A stretch of DNA of 63,459 nucleotides, filler included, from Bigelowiella natans CCMP2755 (Eukaryota > Protista > Cercozoa), in assembly GCA_000320545.1 (NCBI GenBank). It is 5 parts of 5 records of this genome, joined end to end, with 100 filler letters (N's around TTAATTAATTAA, not from the genome) between each part and the next. Parts side by side here need not be neighbours in the genome. Positions count along the whole stretch, not along the records: positions 6,281 to 37,237 come from ADNK01002662.1; 4 more parts are not named here. The stretch is one strand, 5' to 3'. Positions 11,307 to 23,826 of this stretch are shown here, piece by piece (the stretch's first letter is position 1; each line of letters starts with the position of its first letter). The notes beneath the pieces were generated by a model. It was not told where the DNA came from, made no database searches, and saw nothing but the letters and a program-made list of their open reading frames with translations. Made by a program: the position numbers and the translations under genes.

Positions 11307-12004
11307 AAAATTGAAGCCATCCAATCAGCATAGCATAATCATTTTACACACGGCAATATCAACATGAGCGCGAAGATGAGGCAAGTAATACATGGAGCTA
11401 ACAAATGAGCGTGATAAACGAGTGAGTAAAGCGAGCATGTCATACACGTCAATGTTCGCTTGCGTCTAAGTGTGCTTAGTGCGGATATCGTGCTTCAATC
11501 CCTGCGCGCACGTGCAGTATTCATTGTGTAGACACTTTGATCTTCGGTGCTCAAAAGTTTTATATTACTTATACTAGTATAATTTGGCAAGCCTGGGATG
11601 AAACACAGAAATTGGAGAGCCAGTATGTGCTAATAGTGCATGTACATATGCTGCTTTGCAAGATGTTCACGCCTTACCTAGTGGGGTGTGCACTATTATC
11701 GATATGATAGCGCATTTTGTGAGCACAATTATGTAATGATACTGATGCAACAACGCGACGTGCGAGTGTAGAATGACTACAGGAAGGTCATAAGATGGGA
11801 TTTGTTACCACTTCTGATGAATGGAATACTTAATACGTTTGTTTAATGTCAACTATCATCATCATTATATTAACATAAATAACCATCGTGGCATATACAC
11901 ACAGGCTAGAGATTGATTGGCTGTAGTTCTTTCAAATTTACTTTCTGTGACGTCCCTTCTTGATAAACAAAATAATCATTACTCTCTTTCATATTCCTCC
12001 GCTA

Positions 12005-12311
12005 TCATGTAATACTCTTTGGTCGTCTATCATCCAAACCTATGACCAGAAAGCTACAGACATAGCGCAGGATATCGTCTCCCAGCCTTTTGGGTAATAG
12101 GAATGATCGGAAATGGCAGCAGCGACGACGGTAAGAACGATGATGGCAAATATCGATTCGTTGACATGACGTTACCTTCGAAGCTGCTGCTCTTGTGGTG
12201 AAGATGAAGGCTTCTTCAATGCAATCAGCAGCACTCGCAAAATAGGCCACCAAAACTCAGCGCGGCACTAAATGACAAGGCACACAACGAGCAACCATAA
12301 GTGGATATGAA

Positions 12312-12355
<44 letters not shown>

Positions 12356-12589
12356 GTGTGTGTGTGTGTTTCCGTTGCTCTAACGATGCTCTCTGTAGTA
12401 TTTACCTTATTCAGAATACTGTTTATTTTGCCGTTATGTTGACGTCTTTGCGCATGGCCATCATCACTGGTTGCAATCCTTTCCTCGACCACGATTTTGA
12501 CGTGCTTGGAAGAAAAGAAGAAGTCACGATGACAGTAACAATGATGATTCTCTCTATCTCTCTCCCTCTCTCTATCTATTTTCCTAAAC

Positions 12590-12623
<34 letters not shown>

Positions 12624-14047
12624 GAAGCGTGCCAGATTTGAAAGAAACACGGCTTGATCATACTGATGGATGTTGAAATGCTTGTAAAAGGTGGAGGGAA
12701 ATGAAATGTTCATTCGAAAAGAGATGATAGTCCTTCAGGGTAGCATAAGGCTCCTCTGACGAATAGGAGCCACCTGTGACAGCAAGTATGCGGAATTCGA
12801 GGAATATCTTGGATCACTAGCTGCATTTGACATCTGCACCTGATGTTGCATTCAATATTATGATTATGATGCTCTACTCCTTGTTCTTCATGTTTTTTTC
12901 GTGCTTCCTTGGTGCTATCACTTATCATCATCACGCCGTTGCTACCAAGTATCGTTCTTCCTTTGGCGAGAGAATATTATAGGCAATGTAGTAGTGTTGC
13001 ACAAGAGAGCGCCGGTCAAACACGCTGTATATGAATAGGGGAGACAGGCAAAAATCATAGGAAATCTTAGCGGAATGGTATAGAGAACAAGGAGAAGGAA
13101 ACGATCATGGTTTTGTTTCAACTTTGTACTGCATTCTCATGCATATCTCTTTCTCTTTTCTGTTTGCGGTGATGTTCTGCTCCCTCAACACTGCCTGATC
13201 CCCCCCCCCTCTGAGGAGGTACTACCTGTGCCCAATTCCAAATGTGTACTGCCGCGGATCAAAAGCGAAGTTGAATTTAGCGGCAAATGGCGGCAGATTT
13301 CCGACAGTGGACTGGACTTTCAACCCTGGATCATTGTCGATAGATCAAATAGATCATTATCATCTGCAACGTGGTGAAGCAGCCATTACAGGAAAGTGCG
13401 AATCTAATGGGATGGCTACACCAATTATCCTACCCCTATTTCACTCTGTATTATTAAAGAATTTAGATTGTCGATGTCGCAGTGTTCGTAGTCATCTACG
13501 TCTATTACCATGCACGTAGCTTGTAAGAGCAGAACGCACAGCAGTCTCGAGTTGACTGTGCTCCTTTTGATCAGCTGTCCTGCTATTTTTACCTGGAAAA
13601 GGATAAGAGGTCAACCCAACCAGTATATCATTATTGCAAAATAATATCATCCTTGGCTATGACAGCAACCATTGCTATCGTCATCATCATTATCATCGTC
13701 GTCGTCGTCGTCGTCGCCGTGATCATCTTTTTCACTCACGTTCCTGTATATCCATGTCAGCGACTGGAGAATTCTGGGCCTCATAGTGAATACTCTGAGA
13801 TAAAAGCATAGAAGGAAGGCACATGAGTGATTTACACTAGCATTTTGGCTTAATTCAGGTTTGTCAGTTCTTAAATAGTATTATCATCGCCCCTGCCACG
13901 TGGTTTCATCGGAATGAAATCGTAGGTGACTTCACAAGAAAGAGTGGGTAGAAACACTAAGCCCCATTCCCCACCCTCGGAGAATTGTGAGTGCAAATAT
14001 ACCTCGATAAGATCATGCAAGGTGGTAATACACCTCCTAGCACCCAT
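12005..14047 (-). CDS. Hypothetical multi-exon protein
   Basis: A chain of AG/GT-bounded open segments (e.g. LKVQSTVGNLPPFAAKFNFAFDPRQY, VFDRRSLVQHYYIAY, HVKIVVEERI) ending WPILRVLLIALKK...LRR-LGDDILRYVCSFL. Boundaries are tentative. Confidence 0.5.
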
Positions 14048-14200
14048 CTTATTTGGCCACGGAAGAAGAGGAGGAAGAGATGACGATGGAAGCTCGAAAA
14101 CCAATGGCGAACTGTCGTCGTCGCCGTCGCCGTTTAAAGTTTATTTTGTGCTAACAAGAATGTCGCGATGTGTGTACGCCATTCGTTCCTTCTATGCAGA

Positions 14201-16108
14201 ATGCCTATCCGAAATAAGAATCTCATAATCTCGAGAGTCCCTCTGGATCTCAACAAATTCTGGATCTACGATGTAGCGCGACATGTCCGAAAAGCCGAAA
14301 AGTTGCTTTTTGTTGATGTGCAACGACATGTAGATCTAGATGCTGTTCCCTCAAAATTTCAATTTTGGTAAAAAATCAATGGTATTTTTGCCAGTGTAAA
14401 GCTATTGGAGGATGTCGCATGACCCTAGTAATGTCGTTAGATCTATGTGTCGTTACCTGACATCAAATCTTCTTTTTCCAGTTACTCGAGAATTACATAC
14501 GATGTAGCTCCAGTCTTACCCGAAAGTAAAGGAGTGCTGATTTTTCTAGGCGACATTCGTAAATGAAGTCTTTAAAGATAAATCATCAACATCTTCAAGC
14601 TGTGAAATATCTGCTCGATCTTGATTCCATTTTTGCGCGGGGCAACATCATTTGTGCAAGATGTCTAAGACATACGTATGGCAATGGGAAGACGAAGGAA
14701 GTAAGAATTTCATTTCCTCTTCCGATTGAACGTCCATCAGTTGATCCATACTCACAGCTTTCAAAGATTACGGAGATCATGCACAAAAGCAGATTGAAAA
14801 GGCGTTCAAAAAGGGCCAAAAGAAGGTAAAAAAGTAAAGAAGGTGTAGAAAGTGTAGAATCTTCAAAATTTTCGACGCATATTCGTTGATACCGATAAAT
14901 ACCCGCCTACCAACGGGAAATAGGTCACGCTGTCATTTGCGAAAAAGTATGAAGTTCACTTCAGTCGCAAGGATAAGAAGATTTTCCAGCTTAACAAAGA
15001 TACAGGCATTTCCATTTTAAGTAGTGAATCTTCGAATAAGCAGTGAACACGTATTTGTTACTTAATAGGCTTTAGACGCCAAGTGCGTCGACTTAGTTCT
15101 CGAAAACGAGAACGTGATGCGCCAAGGTCGGATATACCTCTTTCAAAAAAACCCAAACCGGAAGAGATCAAGACCGACGTGTTCGGACCTTGGCCTTCCC
15201 CTATGGACAAGGGCAGCGTCTGGATTCAGTTCTTGAGACATTTCAGAAAAGATATAAGATCCTTTTGCAACAAATGTTGGGACGACAAGACGGCAGCTCT
15301 ATCGCAAAAGACCATCGAATCTGTTTTCTACTGTGCAATCAAGTGCATGAATATGCTCGCTGTTGCTGAAAAATTTAAGGATCAGCTGCAATCATCGAAT
15401 GGGGAAGTCGAGGGTTTTGTGGACGAGGAGGGTTTTGTGGACGAGGAGAAAGCAAAGCTGACAGCTGAAGAAATCAAACATATTAAGGTGCTACAAGAAC
15501 TATGGGTTAATAACACTTGAATGCCAAAGTAGATTCGTTACTTTTTCAATCAGGATTTTCAGAAAGCGTACGATGGGCTAAAATCGACAGTTGGAATTGG
15601 AAATTCAAAGTTGGCATGTATGGCAAAACAACTGGATCCTCATGAGATTCCCGCTATGAAGGTCATAATGTCTAAAGTGGCACGAGAGTTACTTCAAATT
15701 GATTTTTCTTTTTAGTCCATACGGGCTCGTGCAAATGCATACCTCAAAGAAAGACAGGAGTATAAAGATAAGGAGCTTTCTGCCGAAAGGAAAAAGTTAC
15801 TCCTCATTGATGTAAAATTGCAGATTGAAAGTGTGACCAACAACGTCAAGAACATGAAGAGTACCATAAAAGAGGTTAAGGGTAAAATTAAAAAATGCAA
15901 AAAAGATGAAAGTGATGGAAAAGAGAGACTCAAGTCCCTTGCATGGGATGATGTAGAGGAAAGACCGAAAATCATAGCTGGCATAAAAGCAGCGATGGCG
16001 AAAGCACTTGAACATACTCGTAATGTGGCGGCCTTGGAAGAGGAGATAAAGGAAGCGGGGAAAAGTTTGATTGCTTTCAAAGAAGATGAGAAAGCTCTTG
16101 CTGGTTAG
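14201..16108 (+). CDS. Hypothetical lysine-rich protein with C-terminal coiled coil; short introns
   Basis: ORFs 15083-15520 and 15818-16108 can be joined through about 55-65 nt GT-AG introns (IKHIK|DFQKAY...AMK|SIRARANAYLK...). The 5' exons and the start are uncertain. Confidence 0.55.
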
Positions 16109-16301
16109 ATGGAAGCTGTGGACACGTGGACACCAAAGCAGTTTGTTCTCATGGAGCACGGAAATGTTCACAAAGATTTGCACGTGCAAGTTCTCCCATC
16201 GTGAAATTGTGCACACATCAATATCTTGTTCATTGCACACGTGCACATGCATCATGGACTCAGCAACACCTTGATCACAGATTGCATGCATTGCATGGTG
16301 T

Positions 16302-16518
16302 GTGATGTGTAAGTAATAATAATAATAATTATTATAACCGCCAGTGGCGGTATCTGCGATGTGGGCAGAGCCCACCTGCTCGCAAAGCGATGCGACTATG
16401 TTATGCGACTGTATTATTATGCTGTATCATATTACATTATTATACTTATGTTTTAAAGGGGGTGTTTTTAGGGGGTGGGGGTATGTATATGTGAAGTATG
16501 TAAGTATTTCAATACATA

Positions 16519-16600
<82 letters not shown>

Positions 16601-16914
16601 AAAAAGTTTGGTTTTTGAAATGCCCCACAAACCCCCATGATTTGTAAAATGAAGGAGGTTAGAAAAAAACACTAATTAAAGTGGGGGTCTAAAAAAAATG
16701 AAGAAACACACGATGTCATTACATGCCATGTGCCGTGCTGTGCCGTCACGCGAAGCGATGTGCCGCATAAACATGACACTGCAATGTGATGCAGCACAAT
16801 GACACAGTCGCATGACATGGTCGCATCGCTTTGCGAGCAGGTGGGCTCTGCCCACATCGCAGATGCCGCCACTGGCGGTTGTGATGATCATCATCATTGT
16901 TGCTTGCACATCAC
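16302..16914. repeat. Inverted repeat with 149-bp arms (16302-16450 and 16766-16914) around a (TA)n(TG)n-containing spacer; MITE-like or two inverted copies of a dispersed repeat
   Basis: The arms align without gaps at 126/149 identity. Confidence 0.9.
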
Positions 16915-18480
16915 GTACACACGCATGTTGCGTTGCGTTGTGTCCGCCATCATTGGAGCACACTTCAATTGTGACAGTTGCACAGAGTTTTGCAGAGTTA
17001 GAGAGGACATGACTAGATGGCATTGTGATGCCACACACAATGTGTGGGACAAGCAGCCACGGAACGTGCAAGCTAGTTCATTGTTGGTGTTCTCATTGCA
17101 TCATTGTGATGTGCAAACAATCATGAGCTGTGGTTTCTCACAATTTCATTTCCAGCTTTTTGCAATGATGTTCAAGAACTGTGGCAGACATTGGACACAT
17201 CATGCATCTGTTGCGTGTGCAATGACAACTTCCAAGTGCAGTGTGTCCAACCTGACCAACCTCTTGAATTGTGCTTGCTAGCTTGGTTGCAGAACGGGCA
17301 CTGGTGTGCTGCTGCGCTTGCAAGCGCGATGTCTCATGCTGTGCACGAACATTGCTCACATGCACTTGGTTTCTGCTGTGCGCGTGCCTTGTGCTTGCCA
17401 GCGTGCCATGCCAGCATGGCGTGTGTCGGGGAGCCACTGTGCCGTTGCAGAGGGGGAAGCGCGAGCGATGACCGCCAACACATGAGCAGCTGGTTGCAAC
17501 AAACACAGCAATGGCACATGCTAGCATGCCAGCATGCACAGCACGCGCTAGCGTGCCAGCGTGGCAAGTCTGGACGTGTGCAACATCGCGTGTCCATGAG
17601 TGTGCACGCATGCAGCACGTGGCACATGCACAACATCGCATGCCTGTCATTTTTGCGATGATCACAGCAAACGCTGCGTGTCTGGCGCTAGTCACGTTGG
17701 GTGTGACACGTTGCGCTGCCGCCATGCTGGCATGGCAAACGAACACAATCTCAAATGGCAGCACTTGTCGATGCGTGGATGCATTTTGGCCAGCTCCAGA
17801 GCTCTACACTGGTGCAGGTGGTTTCGAGCATGTCATACGGCGCGCACATGCACACATGGTGGGTCGTGTTGGGCGCAGCAATGATGACCAGACGTGACGC
17901 ACAGGCGTCGAAACCTGCTCGCGCACGTGAGCGAATTTTGTCGAAGGAATCCAAAAGGTGCTGTGAAAAATTGAGAGCATCGTTTAGTTCAATTCAACAC
18001 CAGCACGAAATTGTCAAATGTCATGAACTGAGCGATGCGTTGAACCAGCAACGCTGGAACGTGGCAAAAATCATTGCGTGAGTGAGTGAACGAATGGGTG
18101 ACGTGTGTTGTGAGTGAGTGATTCACGAAGCGATTCCAGTGGCAGCTGAAAGGATCACAGGACACGCTGACTCAGCTGTGGCCTCAACAAAATCATGTGT
18201 GGAACAGAAAAAAGAAAGAAGTGTTTCCAATGAAGCGATTGAAAGTCGCACGTGGGACACACTGCTGGAGCCGGGCTTGCTGGTTCACCTGTCCAGCTGT
18301 GCCCCCGTGGAGCGGTTGAAAGGATCATGGCACACGCTGATTCATGAACAAAAGGTCAAAGCTATTTCAATGCTTGAGTTGAAAGGACCACTCATCCACG
18401 TCCTTCCCTGACAAGAGCAGCCAAAAATGATCGAGGGGACAGTTTGTTTTGCATCTGCCGTCGTCCTGCAAGCATTTGCA
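16770..18480. other. TpA-depleted, TpG/CpA-enriched hypermutated non-coding tract
   Basis: 12 TA dinucleotides in about 1710 bp by hand count; roughly 100 are expected at even base composition. CpG is abundant. Confidence 0.92.
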
Positions 18481-18732
18481 CGTAGCCTGAAATGAGACAT
18501 TGCGACAAGCAATACTTTCTAAAGAACAGTTGAAATTGCATCGTTTTTCTGGCTAAATGCCATTCCAGGAGCTCCGAATGTCACTGGAAAAAAATCTTCT
18601 TGATGTGAGACTTTTGATGAGAATCGATGCTATTTTTCCTCTACGACAACATTGTTTCGGTTGAACGGCTAGACGGTCCCTGACACAGATACGAGCTTAC
18701 AAGACTTGCCCCTCCCTTCCTTACCAACCAAA

Positions 18733-21700
18733 ATGGAGTTTGCTCTCAACGGCAAGCGCTGTGTTGTGAATCCATCAGAGGTAGCAAAGCTTACGCTGAA
18801 TGAGTACATTCGTTTCAAGACCTCTTTCAAGGTAAACTGATTCAATACAGCATGAATATCTCAAGAGCTCCTTACCACAATGATGATGATGATGATCTAG
18901 GGTACAAAGCTCTCTTGCGCTCAAGGTGGATGTGGGGCGTGTACTGTCGCCGTTTCGTACCAGACTGAATCTGGAGAGGTAAGTATTTAGGGAAAGAACA
19001 GAAACTAGGGAAGCTGATTGCGCTAGTCCGCAAAGTTTGACGTCACTTTGCACATCTCTGAATAATAGGTCAAGACGAAAACAGTCCCATCGTGCCTCAT
19101 GGCTCTCCCGTCTGTTGCTGGGGTATGAAGACAAGTCCATATAATCTCCAGAACTTCTTCTGATACGCGCCCGTTGCAAATTTGGCACCATTTTGACTCA
19201 ACTTGCACGCAAATCGCAGACGTCTATTACAACGGTAGAAGGCCTCAAGAAAGCTTCGACGGGGGACAGCAAGTTCCTAGGGTATTAGCATTATAATATA
19301 CATGTTTCTACACCTTTCGATCATGAAGAGGCGTTGGTATCGCTTGTTTCTGTTCCCACTCACTTCGCATATTTACGACGCTGATAGGCACCCCGTGCAG
19401 GAGCGCATGGTCATGTACCATGGAACGCAGGTGTGAGGAGAAAATTGCATACGACTTGACTTAGAATATGTCATCGTTCGACTTCTAAATATTGCACTAA
19501 TTCACTTGACATAGCATGTGCCATCGTATGATAGCTCGATTGTACTTACACAATTACCTATTTCACTGTTTCTCTGGTAAATGTGGTTTTCAATAGTGCG
19601 GATTTTGTACCCCCGGGATGGTAATGCAGATGTGGGGAGGATTGAAGCAGCACGGGGTAAGTAACTGCGGTGATATTCACGATGATGGTGCTGCTTGACT
19701 TTGGTATCTACCACTAGCAAATATTATTACGAGGACGATATTGATATTATACCAAACTCTGTTAAGTGTCATCAAATGAGGTGGTGGTTGGAATCAAGCG
19801 AGATAGAAAATCGCATTCGTATCATACCCACGTCACCATCACTGTCATTACCACCATTGGAATGGTTTTTACAGAAATACTTCATTATGTACAATTTTGT
19901 CAGGCTGACGGCGGGAAGAACCTTCAAGAAAAAAAGGTGTGCTTGCTACTTTGACACAACGGCTTATTGGGGAGAAAATATAACCGCCATTTGTTTTGCC
20001 TAGGTTGAGGATCTAGACCTTATGGCAGGAAATCTTTGCCGATGCACAGGTCGGCGCCATTGTTTAATATATAATTAACAGAAGATGAGTTCACAATGAT
20101 GTTGACATACACTAGTGTGTATTTACCTGTCATTGTGGGTTTGTACTACTACTTTTATTCTCTTGTTGTTATGGCTACGACTAGGATATCGTCCTATCTC
20201 TGACTGCCTCAAATCCTTCTCTTCCGACTCGACTGTGAGTACACCAAATACATTCATTTTGTGGATTGAGGATTGGCGACTATTCCATCATCATCATCAT
20301 CATCATCATTATCATCATTATTACCACCACTAGAATTTCATCGTGCTTGCACGCAAACGCAGTAATCCAGGCATATATCTGTGCTTTACAGGTCAAATTC
20401 AAGGACGCTAAGACAGGGCCTTACGAGTGTAAGGGTAGATCTATACATGCGGACAGTGATGGCTGCAATAGTTATGAATTCAAACACGGCAAACCTGATG
20501 CATGCATGCATATTTGCGGCCTATCAACATCAACGTAGGTAATGATCCTGTGTTTCCGTCGTTTTTGGCATCATCGTCGCGAAAGGGGTCGGAGGAATCA
20601 AAAGGTGCTATTGTATACATTTACTGCCGCGTGCAATATGATCAATAAAGAGATGGTTATTATAATAGTAATTATTATGATAATGATTATAATAACAGCG
20701 ACGATGGTGATATTAGTTTTCTTCAAGGAACGCTTACACGCACATAGTCCACGTGGTATGGAATATGAAGTATATTTGTTAAAACAGGATGGTTACGTCC
20801 GAAGACATTGACCGAGCTAAAATCGGTACCTCATGATCTCTTAAATTATATGAAATATCCTTCAAATGCCATTAAGTCGTGCATTATTCTTTAAATAAAC
20901 GTGTTTTCATAATTCTCGCCATGCATGTTCTTTCTTCGTATCGATTGTTATCAACTGAGTTCTAACTGGCGTTAACTATGGATCGTGATGTGACGGTCAA
21001 TCACAGGTTTGGTCAGCTGATAAAACAGTCGTCTCTGGTCACACTGGATGGGGGGTAGGCCGACCGTGTATGTTGCGTTCAAGTTGTGCTTGTAAAGATA
21101 TAATTGCGTGTGTGTGTGTGTGTGTATGATCTCAATGCCCACTTAAACCCCGCCCCCCTCCCAACCACCCCTACCCTCCTAGGTATATCCTGAACTATAT
21201 GCCCTTAAGGCTGTTGGGGGAGGAGAGAAGAAGAGCAGCCTCGTTGTCCAAGTTGATGCCGTGCAGCAGATGAAAAATATTCAGATGGATCCGAAAAGTA
21301 ATCTTTCTTCTTCTTCTTCTTCTTCTTCTTCTTCACGAATAGTGCTGATTGCGTGCATGTCGTAATCTTCCCGTTATCACGGAGAGCCAACCAATCATCA
21401 GAATCCGTTTTGACCCCATTATGCGTACGTGCGTGTGTTTGCGTGTGTTGGTAGATAACCAATTGGTGATCGGAGCTGGTGTCACTCTTAACGAACTTGC
21501 AACGTAAGCATATGATGATGTGTCATCATCATTATTATTGTTATTATTATTAGTAGTAGTTGTAGAAGAAGTATTGGGGATATGGCAATAGTGTTGGAGA
21601 GACCAGCAATGAGGAACATAACTGCATTTGTTTGGGAGACAATCGTTGTCTAATCGTCTACTTAAAAGCAAAAAAGCATTATAAAATCTTGAAAATGTGT

Positions 21701-21931
21701 TGTTGCTGTTGTTGTTGTTTGTTGTTGTTGTTATTGACGTTGTTGTTCAATGATGCTGTTATTGTTTGGTGTTGCTTAGTTTCTTAAGCAAGATTGATTC
21801 GAAGGATGCTGCTGGCATCTGCAGCCATATTCTTCTCATTGCGGGGCATCAAGTTAGGAACCTTGGCTCTATTGCAGGTGGAGGGAAGAGGCGTATGATG
21901 ATGATAATGATGAGGAGGAGGATGATGACAT

Positions 21932-21999
<68 letters not shown>

Positions 22000-23253
22000 T
22001 ACCTTCTTTCCTATATATTGCAAGGAAACCTGATGATGGTGAGAAAGAAGGGCTTTGCTTCGGATTTAGCGACTCTTTTATGTGCCGCGGTAAGTAAAGA
22101 TATACCTCCAATCGTACGACGATTTGATTGCGTTGTGAATGTATCAAAATGCAGTCACCCACAAATCCCGCCTTTCTAAGGTGATATGTTTTTCCGACGG
22201 TTTTTGTCGTTGTTTGTTCGGTCCTTACGAAGTCCGGGAAAGTACGGTATCTCGACGCAGATAAGTCCGACCAGGAGGAAGACCTCCTGCAATTTCTCAA
22301 ATCAAGCGACAAGCCTTGCTTAATGATCAACGTATTAGTTCGCCTTCTCTCTTATGCTCACTCTCTATTTATGCATATGTGCGCGTGCGTGTGCGTGTGT
22401 GTGTATGTGTGTGTTAAGGGCGTGTAGCATTCCTTTGACTTCAACGGATGATAGCGAACAACGGTGTGGCGCCTTAGATCTAAATGACGTTGCTTTGGGT
22501 ATGATTAGGTGTCTATTTCTCTCACATTCGATAAAAGCAGCACGACGAATTTTATCTCGTATGTAGTAGCAGAAACAAAGATAGAAGCCTTTATTGGATT
22601 TCCGCTCTACTTCATTATTTTCTTCCAAACACTCAAGACTTACATTATTACAACGCAATTCTTCTGAGGAGTATTTGGTCATTTCGTCGTCGTAGAGTAT
22701 GCCATCATCTTCTGGTTGCGGGGATGATTCAGTTATCTAAATCAGATAGTTTTTCTTTGCCACATTTCTCCGGTCATGCCATTTTCTCATCGTCGTCATC
22801 GCCGTCGCCATCGTCGCATATTATACCAACAATGTTGGTGGTGGTTGTAGGTTTCGCTCTGCGATTCGCCCCAGAAACGCTTACTCTCTCATCAACGCCG
22901 CGCTATCCTACCACATCGATGCCAAAACCAATAAGATCGATCAGGCGACATTCGTCATCGGTGCTGTCGGAACATCACCTATCTTAGCGCAAAAAATGGG
23001 AGACGCCTTCATCGGTCACACTGTTGGTGATGTGGAGAAGAGTGTCGTTGATGCTCTAGATGCGTCCTCGTTAGATGAGGTGGGCATTTTACGAAGGTTT
23101 CTCTGTACAATTGATGTTTCTCTGGGATGATATACCATGGTGTTGTTGTCTTTGTTGTTGTTGTTATTGCCGTATGGAAGGCCTTTGCGCTATTCAACGA
23201 AGACGAGCATAAGACCTATCGTATGCGTGTGGCGCAAGTAAGAGCTCAGCACA

Positions 23254-23293
<40 letters not shown>

Positions 23294-23620
23294 AATACTG
23301 TGTGTAGTAGAGAAAACGATAATCACCATATCACAAGCTTTGATATTGGTACTAGGTTTATGCCCTTCGATTTGCTAAAGCTATAGTAAACAAGGCACAA
23401 GACGGTAGTCAGTTACTTGCTACCTGCTGCTCTCCCTTTTGTGGTTTTCGCGCTGTGTTTATGCTAGTCTCGTGCTTAAATATAGAACTCAGACGATTAT
23501 CGCATATTCACAACATGCATATGAATGCGCGAGTACGTGGTTGTGTGTGAGTGCGCGTGAGTGCGTGTGTACGTGACTCAGCCTCTAATGACACAAAGAA
23601 CCACCAACATAAATATTTAC

Positions 23621-23658
<38 letters not shown>

Positions 23659-23791
23659 GAGCAAGTCAAATCCATGCAAAGGGCTCGAGGCACACAAAGA
23701 CAAGTAATAACAGCAAACAACTCCATCATAATACTCTCAATCATTAACCGATTTCTGCCCCATCACACCACCTCACATTTCACACCTACAC

Positions 23792-23826
<35 letters not shown>

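Noticed and set aside
16676-18411. Cys/His-rich ORFs as metallothionein- or zinc-finger-like genes
   Set aside because: They overlap in all frames and are explained by the loss of TA-containing codons.
16770-18480. CpG methylation decay or classical RIP as the cause of the TG/CA excess
   Set aside because: CpG is abundant and unchanged between the repeat arms, and TA is lost rather than gained.
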